Notes under the pieces: model-generated | The model's database searches: none | What the model was told of the DNA's origin: nothing | What the model saw: the letters and a program-made list of their open reading frames with translations, nothing else | Part shown: positions 50,560 through 64,000 of the stretch, one piece after another | How positions within the stretch are numbered: the first letter of the stretch is position 1 | Layout: each line of letters starts with the position of its first letter | NCBI RefSeq assembly: GCF_006345805.1 | Contig: NC_042997.1 | Coordinates: 163,556,001-163,620,000, forward strand | Direction of reading: 5' to 3' | Source of the DNA: Octopus sinensis | Taxonomy: Eukaryota | DNA: 64,000 nucleotides | Position numbers and translations under genes: made by a program

Positions 50560-53260
50560 TTGTTTAATCGCGAGTGCACTGGCATAAAAATTAAAATCAA
50601 AGCCTTTCATACATATGTCATTTTTGTGAGGGTTTTCTTTTATTTTTAATATCAAACACATAATATTCAGACATGATGGAATGAAATAAGTAAAAAAATA
50701 AATAAATAAAAAAAAACCCAAAACAACAAACAATGAAAACACACAAAACAACAAACCATCAAATTAATTACATATCAGGATTAAGAAGCCTTTAACCTCG
50801 TTGTTGTCTAGATTCGACTCTGACATTTTGGTACACTGGACGCTACCAATACCCACGAGTTCTTATCGACGATTCAACAGGAGAAAATCTTTGTGGTTAC
50901 CCGATCTACCAAAAAAATAGTAACCAAATTAACCCACTGTCTTTTAATAAAATTAGATTATGTATTCCTTAAAACACTACGTCTGCAGAAAGACACTTTG
51001 GTCACCCTTGGAATGGTTTTGATCATAGATTTATTCGATCAAGGAGGAACTAGTGCTAAACTACAATTATTATTGAGCAATTCTGATAGCAGTGAACATA
51101 GTTAACAATAAATATTGATAATAATCGATCTTCTAACGCAAACCTCTATTTTCCTAGCTACTCACGCAATACATTTACTACTAACTTGTCCAAGCCAACG
51201 AGGAGGCTTCTACACAGTCGTTCGATTTATTAGAAATAGCACTTAAAATCTTCCTCAGATTACACCATGTCATCTTGATAAGAGAGGGACTCGGGATATT
51301 TTAAAATTTCTTCTTACTACCTCGTATTTTAACCCCAAAAGAAAAAAAATTACTTTTGATGTAGTTTTACTTGCCAACAGTTGGAAGAAATTTAAAAAGA
51401 TCTGGGACTCGTAGGATAATGTGGTTCCAGATACAACCACAGTAGGGGATGATCACGACTGGAACACCTTTAGTCATAGGCCAGCACAGTCAGGTTTAAC
51501 TTGTGGTTGAACAACAACTAATTTGCTTTTTTTCTTTTACTTTGTGTTACATTTTTTAAAAGTTAAACAAAAGTAAACATAAATATAACCGGTGCTGTTG
51601 GAAAGATAGACATTAATGCTCTTATGCACGCACGCACCTACACATACGCGCACGCACAGACACACATACACACAGAACTCAAGACACTCAAACACACAGA
51701 CAAACAATGTTTTTCTTAAGGCTTTGACAGGGAAAGAAGAACAGTGCCCATGACCTTTTTGCAGGACCTCCGAGAAATAGTGATGGAAAGGGAGGAAGAA
51801 ATCATGACTCATGGATTTCGTTGTTTAGCCCCAGGTTAAACCCCGATCGAGAAAACATCTAATTAAAGGGATTCCAGTGTGACTATCTTGTCTTTCATTC
51901 AGAAATTATCTATTTAGGACTCTATTAGTTCCTCTCCTTTCTTTTTCGTAACTGCAGGGTGTGATTTTGGAGAGATTTAGTTGCTATTTCTAGCAGGTCG
52001 ATCGTTGGCTTGCCAAGTCATAGGTTGCTGCAGTAGGAAGCAATGCAGCAAACTCGAGTTATACTCCAACTGCAGACTTGGTTCGAATGCTTGCAACAAA
52101 GTGGATTCGGCATCGGACAGTATATTAAATTTATCACCCAAGAAAAGGTACAGTTCATTCGACAGGCTTCCGTATTATTTATTTCGTATACTCAGTTTTA
52201 CTCATAAACCCTGGGTTACCCCCAATACTATGCTAGACTCTTGGACTAACAGCAAAACCTACAATCAGATATTCCAAAACTTCATTGTTGTTTATATTTA
52301 ATACCTCAGGCTGGCTCTGATCGAGCAGACTTGTGATCAAAAAGAATTCCAGCTATGATCAACTAATTTTTATTCATTTATTTATATTTTTGTATTTTAG
52401 GCGTAATATCTCTAAGTTTAAATAATCTAAATTATACTTAATTGAAAAATTTTTTAAGACAACAGGGTATGATTTGAGAGAGATTTGGCTGCTATTTCTA
52501 GCAAGTCAAGCGATTACATGACTGTATGATGTAAACAATTTCTTACTTGATCGTCAGCTTCGGAAAATAGGAGGACCGATGGAATGAAGGCAGGAACTAA
52601 TGTATATATAGTTCCCAGTTCATCTGATCACGTCTTTCGATGTTCTATTTGGGGAGAGAAAGATAAAAAAGACTTGATAAATATTATTAGTAAAAATGAT
52701 GAGTTATCATATATCCAAACAGCAAAACAAAAAAGTTAAATTATTCATATTTAGTGTAAATGTAACATTTTTACGTATTGAGCAATACTTTATTTCATTA
52801 CTTATACCCGAATCTTAAGATTTTTTAAAGGATCAGAATTTTTTAAAATTAAAAATAAGCAATCAAATTACTTTTTCTTTTTTGTGTGTCTTGATAGTAC
52901 ATATGGGAGGCAATATGAATAAAAGAAGCCATAGTTACGTCCCTTATACTGCTGTGACTCATGCTTTACAACCTTACTTTTCTCTACACGTTATGTGATA
53001 TAAACATTACTGACACCGATTTAATTTTGTAGGGCAATAACCGTTGGTTTAGTTGTTAGTGTTTTCATTTACTTTTTATTATTATTATTAGTCGGGTGTT
53101 TGAAAGCATAGGTAAATCGATAACTGAGTCTATTATTAAAAAAAAATGTTTCGTGTAGAGCTAAACAACTAGTAGAAATAATTTAATAATTCGATTGCCA
53201 ATCTAAATCCACTGCCAATTTTTTTTTTCTTTTTGGTTCGTATTACCGTAGTATCCTCTC
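50560..53260. promoter_or_regulatory. Second CpG-retaining island, putative internal promoter or enhancer
   Basis: Roughly 55-60 CpG by eye in 2.7 kb with CpG-poor flanks. TGACTCA at 51805 and 52955. Donor-like AG|gtaaat after 53111. Confidence 0.5.
51818..52012 (+). repeat. Dispersed repeat family D (about 250 bp, class unresolved)
   Basis: ttgtttagccccagg...gatcgag...attccag...gtgattt...agattt(a/g)g(c/t)tgctatttctagcaggtcga. Copies near 6200, 9230, 10200(-), 17930, 44075, 48570, 49750, 50900-51500(-), 52300, 53980, 59360 and 61480. Confidence 0.75.
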
Positions 53261-54359
53261 AGCATTTTAAGAGCCAGTGTGAGACTATTCCTAAATAAAG
53301 ATTAAAAACTAGATTCATAATTGTAATTTGTACCAAGTGTTCTCTTTGTAAATATTCAGTCTGAAGTTCTTGAAATTCACAAGTGACTTGACCCAACACC
53401 ATGCATTTTATAATCATTTTGCAATGTGCAATTATTGTTTTGGTCTATTGGCCAGAACTTCAGTTTTCTTATTTTTTTCTTTTAGAAAAATGTTTTACTT
53501 GCCCTATTGATTTAAAATTATTTTAATTTAAGATTATAATTATATGGATGCAGGTATGGCTGTGTGGCAAGAAATCTGCTTCCTAACCTCATGGTTCTGG
53601 ATTCAGTCCCACATTGTGGCACCTTGGGCAAGTGTCTTCTATTATAGCCTTGGGCTGACCAAAACCTTGTGAGTGGATTTCCTTGTGACAAAATCTGAAA
53701 GAAGCCCGATGTGTGTTTGTGTTTGTTCCTCACCACCACTTGAGAAATGTGTTGGTTTGTCTATGTCCCTATAACTTAGCCTTTCAGCAAAAGAAACTTA
53801 TGCAATAAGTATTTGGGTTGATTCATCGAAATATAAATTCTTCAAGGTAGTGTCCCAGCATGGCTACAGTCTAATGATTGAAACAAATGAAGATAAAAGA
53901 TATATATAGAATAAATAAGTTTGGTTAATACAATAGTTATGAAACAGTTGATGTCATTAACTTTCTATTTCTCATTCATATTGTTGTTTAGCTTCAGGTC
54001 AGCCCTGATCAAACAATGTCCCATTTATCATATATTTAAGATGATAGGGTGTTATTTGAAAGAAATTTAGTTAATATTTCTAGCAGGTTGATGGTCATGT
54101 GGAGGCTCCTTGCAAAAAAAAAGAAAAAGAAAAGAAAATAGAGCCATGCCAATCCCGTAATTTTTCAGGCTCATGTTTACTTTTGTAAGAGAGCAGAGTG
54201 TGATTAAAGGAAGTAATACTCTAAAATTAGATGTTCTGGATTTAAATATTGAATTACAATTTCTTTTAAGGGGGGAATGTCATTTTGGATGACAGTAATT
54301 TAGTTTTGACTCATTTTTATTTATATTCATGCATCAACTTTTGAATGTCTAATTATAAA

Positions 54360-54806
54360 TAGTGTTTCAATTTTTGGCATGAGGCCAACACTTTTAGTGG
54401 GAGGGGTGAGCCATTTCATTGATCCAGATGCTCAACTGGTACTTCATCTTACTGACCCTATAAGGATGAAAGCAAAGTTTGACTCAGCTGGGATTTGGAC
54501 TTGGAATATAAAGAGCCTGAAGAAAGACAGCTAAGCATTTTGCATGATGTGCTAATAATTCTGCTAGCTCACTTGCCTTAATGTTTAATTATAAATATTG
54601 ATTTTAAATTTAGGCACCAGGCCAGTAAATTCAGGATAGGAGTTAAGTCACTTACAGTGACCTCAATATTCAACTGGTACTTGCTTTATTGACCCTGAAA
54701 AGATGAAAGTTGACCCTGGTGGATCTTGAACTCAAAATATAAAGACGGATGAAATGCTGCTAAGCATTTTGCCTGGCATGCTAATGATTCTGCTTGCCCA
54801 CCACCT
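54360..54806 (-). mobile_element. Two tandem older SINE family A copies
   Basis: Two diverged reverse-complement copies, separated and flanked by ttataaata-containing repeats. Confidence 0.8.
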
Positions 54807-56938
54807 TATGTTTTGTTATAAATATTGATAATGTTAATTAATTATTTGGTAAAATAACTGGTCTACTACTTAGTTTTCTGTTGTATTGTCCTCCTTCTTT
54901 ACTTTGTCTCTATATCTCCTTTTTTTCTTTTTCTTTCTTTCTTTGTAAGAAAGGAAATTGTAAAGTAGCAGTAACAAAGTGATGAAACAATTTCACAGTA
55001 TCCACTGTATTAGTATTTTTTGTGTGTGGTACTGCAAATCATGCAACTAGGTTTATGTACTGTTTTCAAGATAAATTCTATGATTGTCACCTCTTCCTAT
55101 TTTTTCCCCTTAGTTCCAGCTCATAGCTGCGGCCATACTGATGCACTGCCATTTCCTATTTTCAACTATTTTACAGAGTGTGTAATGACTGCATTACACA
55201 CTTTTTTGATATCAGCACTAGAATAGTTGTTTTGCCCTGGCAAGACTAAAGAGGCGTCTCTATACTACATTGCCATCATCTGTTCCACAATCATTTCTCA
55301 GAGTGTACTAGGTGTATTTTATCATGGCACCAGCATAAGAGAGGTTGTCTTGTCTCTGGCTTGTGGCTAAGGAGTCTTCTTTACTCCATATGTTTTCATT
55401 CATTTGTTCACTAGCTCTGGAAAGTTGTTTTGTTGTACTTGGCACAAATTTGAGAGGTTTGTTTTGTCTAAAGCAGATAATGTGAAGAGGACAAAGGCAA
55501 AAGGGTGAATAAGGAAGGAATAGTGGAAGAGACAGGGAGAGTGGTAGACAGCTATATGCCAATTGTTGTTAAGGAGACAAGATATAAACAACGTATGTGG
55601 TGTAATTAATGGGAGGAAGCAACTTGATAGGAAGGAAACAAATTGATAGTAGAAGAGTTTTCAAAGGGAGAGAGAAAGAAAGAGTAATAAGTAATAGTTG
55701 AAGGAGTAGTGAGAGAGTGAGGGGTATCAATTATATTGAGAGTGGGAGTGTTGAATATCAATAAGTTGTAAGTGAAGGATGAGTGAGTGAGTGAGAGACA
55801 GGCAGAGAAAGAGAGAGAGAGAGAGAAAAGGGATGGTGGTAAAATTGAATACAGGCAGATCCAATGCAGTGCCATCCCTCATTGCACAAGTGGATCAGAG
55901 AGATAGTGTGACAGTAAAGAGACATGTTGATAAAGGAGAAAGTAAGTGACAGATAAGAAAGTGATGAAAAGACAGGAGAAACACAAATGTAGGTATTTAA
56001 ACATCTCAGTCTCTGTTGTCATTAGCAGGATAATCTTTTACATGTGTTTTCTCATGCTTGCATGAATTGGTTAGGACTTTGTCAACACAACACTTTGTCA
56101 CAACTCGTGCTTCTTTGTCATCTAATTTTTCTCATATCCAATTTTTCTCTCAGTTTATTGTATTTTGTCATTCATGCACACTAATACACATCCCACAAAA
56201 CATGTTTGCTTCGTGCCTTTCCAACATTTGCAAATCTTCGATTTTCTAGAGACAAAAACACTGTCTCATAAATAAAATATTTAGTTTAACAGCTTTGCTT
56301 GTATGATCAGTAACGAGTTAATTTTGTAACATGTCATTCTTGCCACAGCTTATGCTGTTTTTATTGTTTTCCCTTAAGGTATTAGGAATAATTGCACACG
56401 TGCACAACATACACACACACACAGCAGTTTTGAAATAAATAAATAAACACAAGTGAAAAAAGTTAATATCTGTTGAGACAAGAACCCATGTGTTCAGTTG
56501 ATGTATAGGTACACTGGCTACTGTTTTATGTACACTCATAGAATTCAATTATCTAACTTTAAATGTAATTTATTTAATTCTATTGTACTTTTGTTTTCCC
56601 ATTTTGGCATTTAAGAAATTATGAGTTTTTTGCCTTTGGGAAAAAAATATTAAGGAAAATTGTACTCTCATTACTTTCTTTCAGTGTCAATTAACCGAGT
56701 ATATATTTTGTTTTTGACAATTTTTCTCTCCCACTCTCTTTCATTTTATGATTTCATCTTGATTTTGTTTTATATATTTAGTTTAAGATTTCAATATTTT
56801 CTTTGTTAGAAATAATAACTATTTGAAATATTACAGCGTTATTATTTGTAAATTATAAGATCAGTATGTAGAGTAGTATACTTGCCAAAAGTTTTGACAA
56901 TCTTTAGTCAAAGAGAATATTTACATAGTTCATTTCTA

Positions 56939-58151
56939 TTGGGTCATCTCATAAATAATGCAATTCAAAATTAAGATAAAGTTCATTTTTAATCTGCAAT
57001 ATACTCTCTTTCATTTTCTACAATGTTCTTCCATCTATCTGGTAGATTTACAAAATCCCTCTTCCAAAATTCACTTGTCCGTAAAGAAAAATACTCCTCC
57101 AGTGCTGTTCTCACCTCATCTACAGAATTCATATTTTTTCCATCCAAATGATTTTGAAGACTGCAGAATAAATGATAATCAGATGGGGCAATGTCCAGCC
57201 AATATGGTGGGTTGAGCATTGTTTCCCATTCAAACTGCTCCAGCCTTTGGAATATCATCCTCACTGTATGTGGCTGAGCATTATCTTGATGGAAGAACAC
57301 CTTTCATCTTGAAACCAAAGATGGTCATTTTTCTTCTAATGCTGACTTATGTCACTCAAGCTGCTTGCAGTAGATCTCTTTTGTTATTGTGTGGTTTGGG
57401 TTTAAAAGTTTAAAGTGGACTAAACCTTTCATATCCCACCAAACAGATAACATCTTAAATGGGTGAAGACCTTTTTTAGCCTGAGGTGCTGGTGTTTCTC
57501 CTTTCCCTGTCCACTGACATAGAGAATCCATTTCTTGTCACCAGTCGCTATTTGGTCCAAAAAATGTTCATTTGTGAGACATGGCAATAAAGAAGAGCAC
57601 ATATTCACTCTCTGCACATGGTTAGACTTGGAAAGTTTGTGAGGGACCCATTGAGCCAATTTGCTGAATTTACTGATGGCATGCAGGTGTCAATGACTGA
57701 TTGAATAATCTCAGCTTGTTCCTCAGCAGTTACAATAGAATTTTGTTCCACCAGGGTTTCCAGGATGTCCTTGTTGAGCTCTACAGATCTTCCAGGATGA
57801 GGCTTGTCTTCTAGGCTGTAGTTTCTAGCTTGGAATTTCTTGTACCACCATTGACACTGGCTTACGCTTATTGTCCAATCTCCATATACTGCATTAATAT
57901 TCCTCGCACATTCCATTATGTTATTGAACTCATAAAATATGCCAAATATGCTCCCTTGCCATTTCCATCGTAGCTTTGAAAAAATAACTGTTGAAATCGA
58001 ACTGCACTCTTCAAAACTTGCACTAAGAATAAGTACAAGGTAAAATGACTACCTGCTTTTATAACAAGTTGATGCAGGTAGTTAATCCCATCCCCCTCCA
58101 ACTTTTAGTTCATGCAATTGAAAAAACTGCACTATTTATGAGATGACCCAA
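56939..58151 (-). mobile_element. Full-length defective mariner (D,D34D) transposon, 1213 bp
   Basis: TIRs begin TTGGGTCATCTCATAAATA at both ends, with TA at 56937-56938 and 58152-58153. Frameshifted transposase with WVPHKL, TGDKKW, HQDNAQPH and DIAPSDYHLF (ORFs 57605-57916, 57429-57659, 56989-57300). Confidence 0.95.
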
Positions 58152-60049
58152 TATTTTACTTGTTTCAGTTATTAGACTGTGGGCCTTCTTGGGCACTGTC
58201 TTGAAGGGTCTAATAAAACAAATCAACTCCAGTACTTTCATTTTTTTTAAAGTCTGGTATTTATTCCACCAGTCACTTATTGCTGACCTCCTAAGTTTTC
58301 AAGTAGTGGTGGGTCTCTCTCTCTCACACACACACATTCTGGATTGAACCTAGAACCATGTGGTTGGGAAGCAGACTTCTTTACCACACAGCCATGCCTG
58401 CACCTATATAATGAGACAACTGAATGCAGATCTGTTGTGAAATAATTATTAAAAATTCCAACTTAAATCTTACATGGAAAATTCCGAATAGTTATCTGAT
58501 AGGAAATATTTTTTAATCATTGTTATGTAAAAACTTGTAAGGTTAGAAATGTTTAAGATTGGAACAGGGAAGAATTTGGACATAGTAAATATTTTATACA
58601 TGTGGTAGATAAAGAAAAAGCAAAAAAGAACCAAAAAAAAAAACAATTTTAAAAACTAGTACTTGCAGTACATTTTACAAAAAGGTATGATGAAAGCTTT
58701 AGGGTATACAAAGTTGCTTCTTAGTTCTACATTGTGCTGGAATCAATGATGCTTCCAAGCAAATAAGTACCAATAGCATATTGGTATTGATTATATGGTG
58801 CTGGACTTTATAGCAGACTGGTTTATTATCTGCTATATTTTTTTTTTCTGAAAGAAATGATTTTCCACTTCATATAAAATCCAATTGTTTGGAAGAAAGA
58901 AGGCTATTACATTGGCTTTATTTTCATTTAGATAATAGTTTCTAATTTAGGCACAAAGCCAGTGGTTTTGAGGGGATGTTGTTAGTTGATATCTTTAAAC
59001 CCAGTATTTGACTGATATTCTGTTTTATTGATTTTGGAAGGATGAAAGGCAAAGTTCACCCTGGCCAGAATTGAACTCAGAATATAAATGATTGGAAAAA
59101 TTTGTGTGACACTGTAATGATTCTGCCAGCAGTCTGCCATTTTGATAATAAACAAATTCATGTGTTCAGTGATGAAACATCTGGCTATGGGTTATATCAT
59201 CTATATTCTTAAGCCTAGTCAAAAGAAATTTCTGTAAATAAAAGTTCAACTATATGGAGAAATACTGTGAAGTTGTGCTCTTAAGAATAGTTTCAAGTAA
59301 TTTGAAAACTATCCTAACAAAGACAAAAGAAGCAAAATTTGAATGTATTAATATATTTTGTTGTTTAAGCCAAATTAAACTCTGATACAGCAGAGCTATG
59401 AGAAAGATGTTCCCTGTTGTAACAAGCCTCCTTTCATCCGGTCATTGTATATAATGACTGCATAATCCAGTGTATACTTCCTTTATTTAGATGGCATCTT
59501 TTGATTTGAGGGATAATTAGTTTCTATTTTCAGAAGGTCAACTGATTGCATAGAAGCTCCTTATTAACTCAAAATATTTCTTTTTGTTAAGGGAAAATCA
59601 TATATCTCCGAATAGCATTTTGTGTAAGAAAGCCAAGGGAAATAACTCATGTTGGCCAATGACATGAAATTAGATAATTCAGGTAGATGATGATGTGCTA
59701 AATGACATAGGCTAAATTTTCTTCATTGCTTTAAACTTGAAGAAGAGAAACAAACACCTAGTGCCAGTTATTAGCAACTCTTGAAGGAAAGGAAAAAATA
59801 ATTTGATGGAATTAATTAATTTCACAGGTAACAGGTAACTGAATTTTTATGTGTAAAGAAACACTAATGAAAATCCCTTATGGCATCTGAAGATATATAT
59901 AAATATATATTGAATATTAAAAGATTCAAATTATTAATTACTTAGATATGATTGACATGTTTTTAGTGGTTATGGACAGATTTTTGAATTTTTATCCAAA
60001 GCAACTTACTATCAATATGGAAAATTTTAATCAAAGCAACTCTGTATCA

Positions 60050-60097
<48 letters not shown>

Positions 60098-63000
60098 AGC
60101 ACTTGTACTTGTGCCAAGCAAAAAGCAGCTGTGCTGGTGACATGAAAAGGGCATCCAGTTTGCTCTGTAAAGTGGTTGGTGTTAGGAAGGGCATCCAACT
60201 GTAGAAACCAAGGTGTAACTCTTTGGTTTGTCAACTCCTGTTGAACTATCCAACCTATGCCAGCATAGAAAAACGGATATTAAAAGATGATAATGATGAT
60301 GACACATGCACGCTCAAGAGTTTAAATTTAGGACAGATTAGAAATAGAACAGACATAATTGTAAAGATCAGAAAATTACAGTTTTAATGACTTACAGAGT
60401 AAAATATCAGATAAAATGGGCAGTTAGTTGTTGGACTCCGTCCAGTAGAGCCTTTCTCTGATGTAAAATTCTGATTACGAATGATAGTGTCCTGTTGGTA
60501 GCTATGTAAATATCTTTATAGTCTTTTTCTTTTTTTTCTCTGTTCAGGTTTTACAAATTGTTAACTGTTTCTTATCTTATTAACCAAACATTTTCCAGGA
60601 TTATACATTTTAAAGTTTTATATATATTTTTTTTCATGTTTATAATGGCTTAGACAGAATAGGAAGTACAGTGTCCCATCACCATTCTCTGCAACTCTTT
60701 AGATTAGTAGAAGAGAAGTTATCCTAACACTGGAAACTGGTCTGAATGCGTTCAGTGGAATGAACTTCATTAAAAGCCTCAGTGGACCAGATGGTGATTT
60801 TTAAAAACAAATAATCTCCCTGACAGATGTCCACGCAGTTTCTGTCCACCAAATTTGACTCAAGGCTTTAGTCGACCTAATGAATAACTGAAGATGTTTA
60901 GCCAGAAGTTTGCTTCAAAAAATAGTTTTTAAGTCAAATTCTTAATTACACAGCCTTATCTTCAAGTTCACAACAAAATTTAAAATAGTGTTTAAAATTT
61001 CTTGGTTCAAGCATTTTTTGTTGTAATGTATGTACCACTTTATCACAATCAAAGAAGTTTAATTCAAATGAAATTCCACAGTTAACTCACTGTCCTAAAT
61101 AAACCATTTTATCTGTTCCCACTTAAGGTCATTCATATACTTTGCATTGTTAATTTTCAAATAACTAGGTAACTAATACTTACTTTTATTATCAGTTATG
61201 ACTTTTTTATTGTCAGGAATTTATGTTCTACCAAGATGCATTATCATTTCTGAATTTAGTAGAAAGAAACCTAAATGAATCTTATATAAACTTCTTTAAT
61301 GTTATATTGATTTGAACTTGTCTTTAATATATATTTAGTCAAAGCTTTTCTGATATTTTTTATTTGCATTGAGTTAAGAAATACTTATTTGTATTGAAAT
61401 ACTTTATTTTCATTGAGTTAAGAAAAAAAGTAACTTTTGGTTTTGAAACTGAATTATTTGTAGGTAAATTTAGATTTTAATAATGTAGTCCTAAGCAAAT
61501 GTTACTGGAGATTGTTGACCTATGATCAAAGTTGTTCTCTCTCTAATCATTCCATCTTATTTTAGAAGTGGTGTATCCATGACTACATTATCCAATTCAT
61601 CTTTACAATTGTAAGATGATAGGATATGAGTTGAGGGCTATTTCTAACAGGTTTAGCAACCTCCAGAATTTACCTGTCAACTTGACTAGAAATTGTTACT
61701 CTTAGTGTATGAACTCTAGAATATTCATAGCAATCTGATGTTGTTGATATGTAATCTGAGGGAATTGCAATTTTATTTTTGATTAATACATTGAATGAAC
61801 TGTTCATCTAAAAATAAAAATTTGGTTCACAGTAACAAATCAGTGATAGTAGATTTGAAATACTGATAGTATGTAATTATAGAGAAATTATCAGTTACAA
61901 AATCACTCATTGTAACATATCTAAAAAGGAAATTTTCCACTTGAGCAATTATACCAGTTTTGTTATACAGTGCTTGGAATTCCTGTTGTACTTATTTTGA
62001 AAACAAAAGCTAATTAAAAGCCCAGACATTTACAGTTTTTATCAATTGTATTTATTTATATCTGCAATAAATATAAATATTGAAATATTTTTCAACTGTT
62101 AAAATGATGTACTAACATCTTCTTTACAACTCATAGAGATTTATCATGCATTTAAGTTAGAAGTTGGGGTCATATAATAATTAGAAAATTCAGTAGGGGC
62201 TCAGACTACCTAATGTTAAATAGGTTTGTTTAAAAATAACTGGGTCTTCTAAAGAGGGAGAAAACTCTATCAAACCTTCTGTATCTTTCAAAACCATTAA
62301 CTGTTTCTATCTTCTCATCCAGTTATATTAATCTAAGTTTGGATTCACACATACATAATAAATTTTGTTTGGCCCTATTGGAGTTATCTCTCTTACTAAT
62401 TGGTTCAGCTGTATTGTTGATATTTATCACCAGAAGCCCTGCATTTCCTCTTCTTATATAAAAGTTTACTTTACTGCTATGGAATTTTATGTTTGATCCC
62501 ACTGTTCAACTTGGCCAAGTGTCTTCTACCATAGCTTTGAATTGACCAATGTGTTGTAAGTGAAATTTTGGTTGATGGAAACTGTGGGAGCTATCCAGGA
62601 ACTGTTCTTATTATTGGATAGTAGACTTAATCTGGATTTGGTTCTTGCCTTTATCAAAGGTAGCACTGCTGTAAGCATTCAAGCCATGCCTCCAGTCTGA
62701 GTAAACCATTGAAAATAAAAAAAATACACTCCTGGAATATGCATCTTTATTGAAAAATGATCAATATTTAACAATGTATCAGTTGCTCAACTTATTTTTG
62801 GAATTGATTAAATCACTTCATGTAATCTAGTTAGTATTCAATTTATGCTATGCATTAATTACCATTACTTGTAGGAAATAGAAAAAATGTATAAATTAAC
62901 CAAGAAAGTTTTTAAAGAATTAATTGCTCTTTGGAGATTAAATTGAAGGGGTTTTACTGATAAAGAAAATTCTAATTTATTCTTCTTGTAATTTATATCC

Positions 63001-64000
63001 TGTTTCTATTTATGAAGATGTTAATTAATGATCCTACCAGGCCAAGTTATTTTGTGTTTAGTTGTTTGAATAATGATAGCTATTTCTATTTTAAGAAATC
63101 ATTAATAAAAAAGAAATTATTCTTAACTTACTCCTACATTTATATTTTCTATCATCAGCTGTTGTAAGTGAACATAATAGTTCACAACTCTTATTTATTT
63201 TTTATGTTTAAATAAATAAAACTTTAACAAGAAATGATTTTTTACAAATTATAGTTTCTTAATTTTAAATTCAATTGAATTATCTAGTAAATAATTTTGA
63301 ATATACATTCAATTTATGTAGATTTTATTTTGTAGTCTACATTAAAAATGAAAAACATTTTATTATAATTTTATTTTTCTCAGATGATATTTATTTATTT
63401 ATTTATTTATCCGTTAGAAATGTCATGGAAACATGTGTTAGAGGTCAAGTAGTTAATCTTAGCCACCTTTAATTTCTTGGGTATAAAAAATAAGCAAACA
63501 AACAAATAAAAGTTCAAAACTTCTCTACCTATTTATACACATGCAAAATACAAATTATTGTAACACTTGCAATGTAGCAAACACATAACACAATCATAGC
63601 TGTATATAAGCTGGCAATATAGTTTTTCATTTCTTTACTTCACACAGAAGAATTGCCAGCTATCTGTTCGTCAGTGTGTTGTTAGCCACCCAGTACGTTT
63701 GATATTCTTACCTTATTACAGATGTTAAAAGTGTATAAATACTATTGATAACATACTGGGTGTGCCCAAAGTTGTTCTTTTGGGATGGTCTTGCTTAACA
63801 CTATACATTATAAGTAGCTGCTGTATTGTTCCATCACAATCAGAAAGAAATTCATCTTTTTCTTATCGCTTGGTCAGTTTGTGATACTGTATATAAAAAC
63901 AACTAAGGATTTGGGATTTTACTTGCATTACTCAAAACACTTAATAATTTTCATCCTTTCACTCATTTTACCTATGTAACAGCTGATTAAGTAAACCAGG

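Noticed and set aside
397-63472. Remaining 60-140 aa ORFs in the track
   Set aside because: They overlap SINEs, microsatellites or antisense LINE relics, and lack consistent splice signals or recognisable motifs.

Overview
AT-rich, intron-dominated animal genomic DNA. The SINE, RTE-LINE and microsatellite repertoire looks like an octopus (inference from recalled repeat families, not a search). The window appears to hold the 5' part of one + strand gene, most likely supervillin-like. It has a start-codon exon at 33098-33316 (ATG 33159) that splices in phase 2 into a 2.43-kb exon at 38234-40663 carrying ESRAERIARYKQIRRNELA. There are also candidate UTR or cassette exons and two CpG-retaining islands (about 8.4-9.3 kb and 50.6-53.3 kb) that look like promoters. 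The rest is mostly decayed mobile DNA: at least four SINE-like families, RTE and CR1/L2-group LINE remnants, a full-length dead mariner, a hAT transposase relic, a young non-autonomous Helitron and a tRNA-Glu pseudogene. Most short ORFs in the supplied track are spurious. Most notable: (1) three Penelope-type minimal hammerhead ribozyme motifs within 2 kb (20.1-22.1 kb), each with a different 3:8 core pair (C-G, G-C, U-A), two of them inside long palindromes; (2) SINE concatemers, and a possible pre-tRNA-SINE chimera, each bounded by a single target-site duplication, suggesting template jumping; (3) an unexplained multi-hairpin element at 42.7 kb; (4) a decayed coding relic of unknown origin at 30.2-31.1 kb. 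All coordinates and counts were read by eye, and repeat boundaries are approximate.
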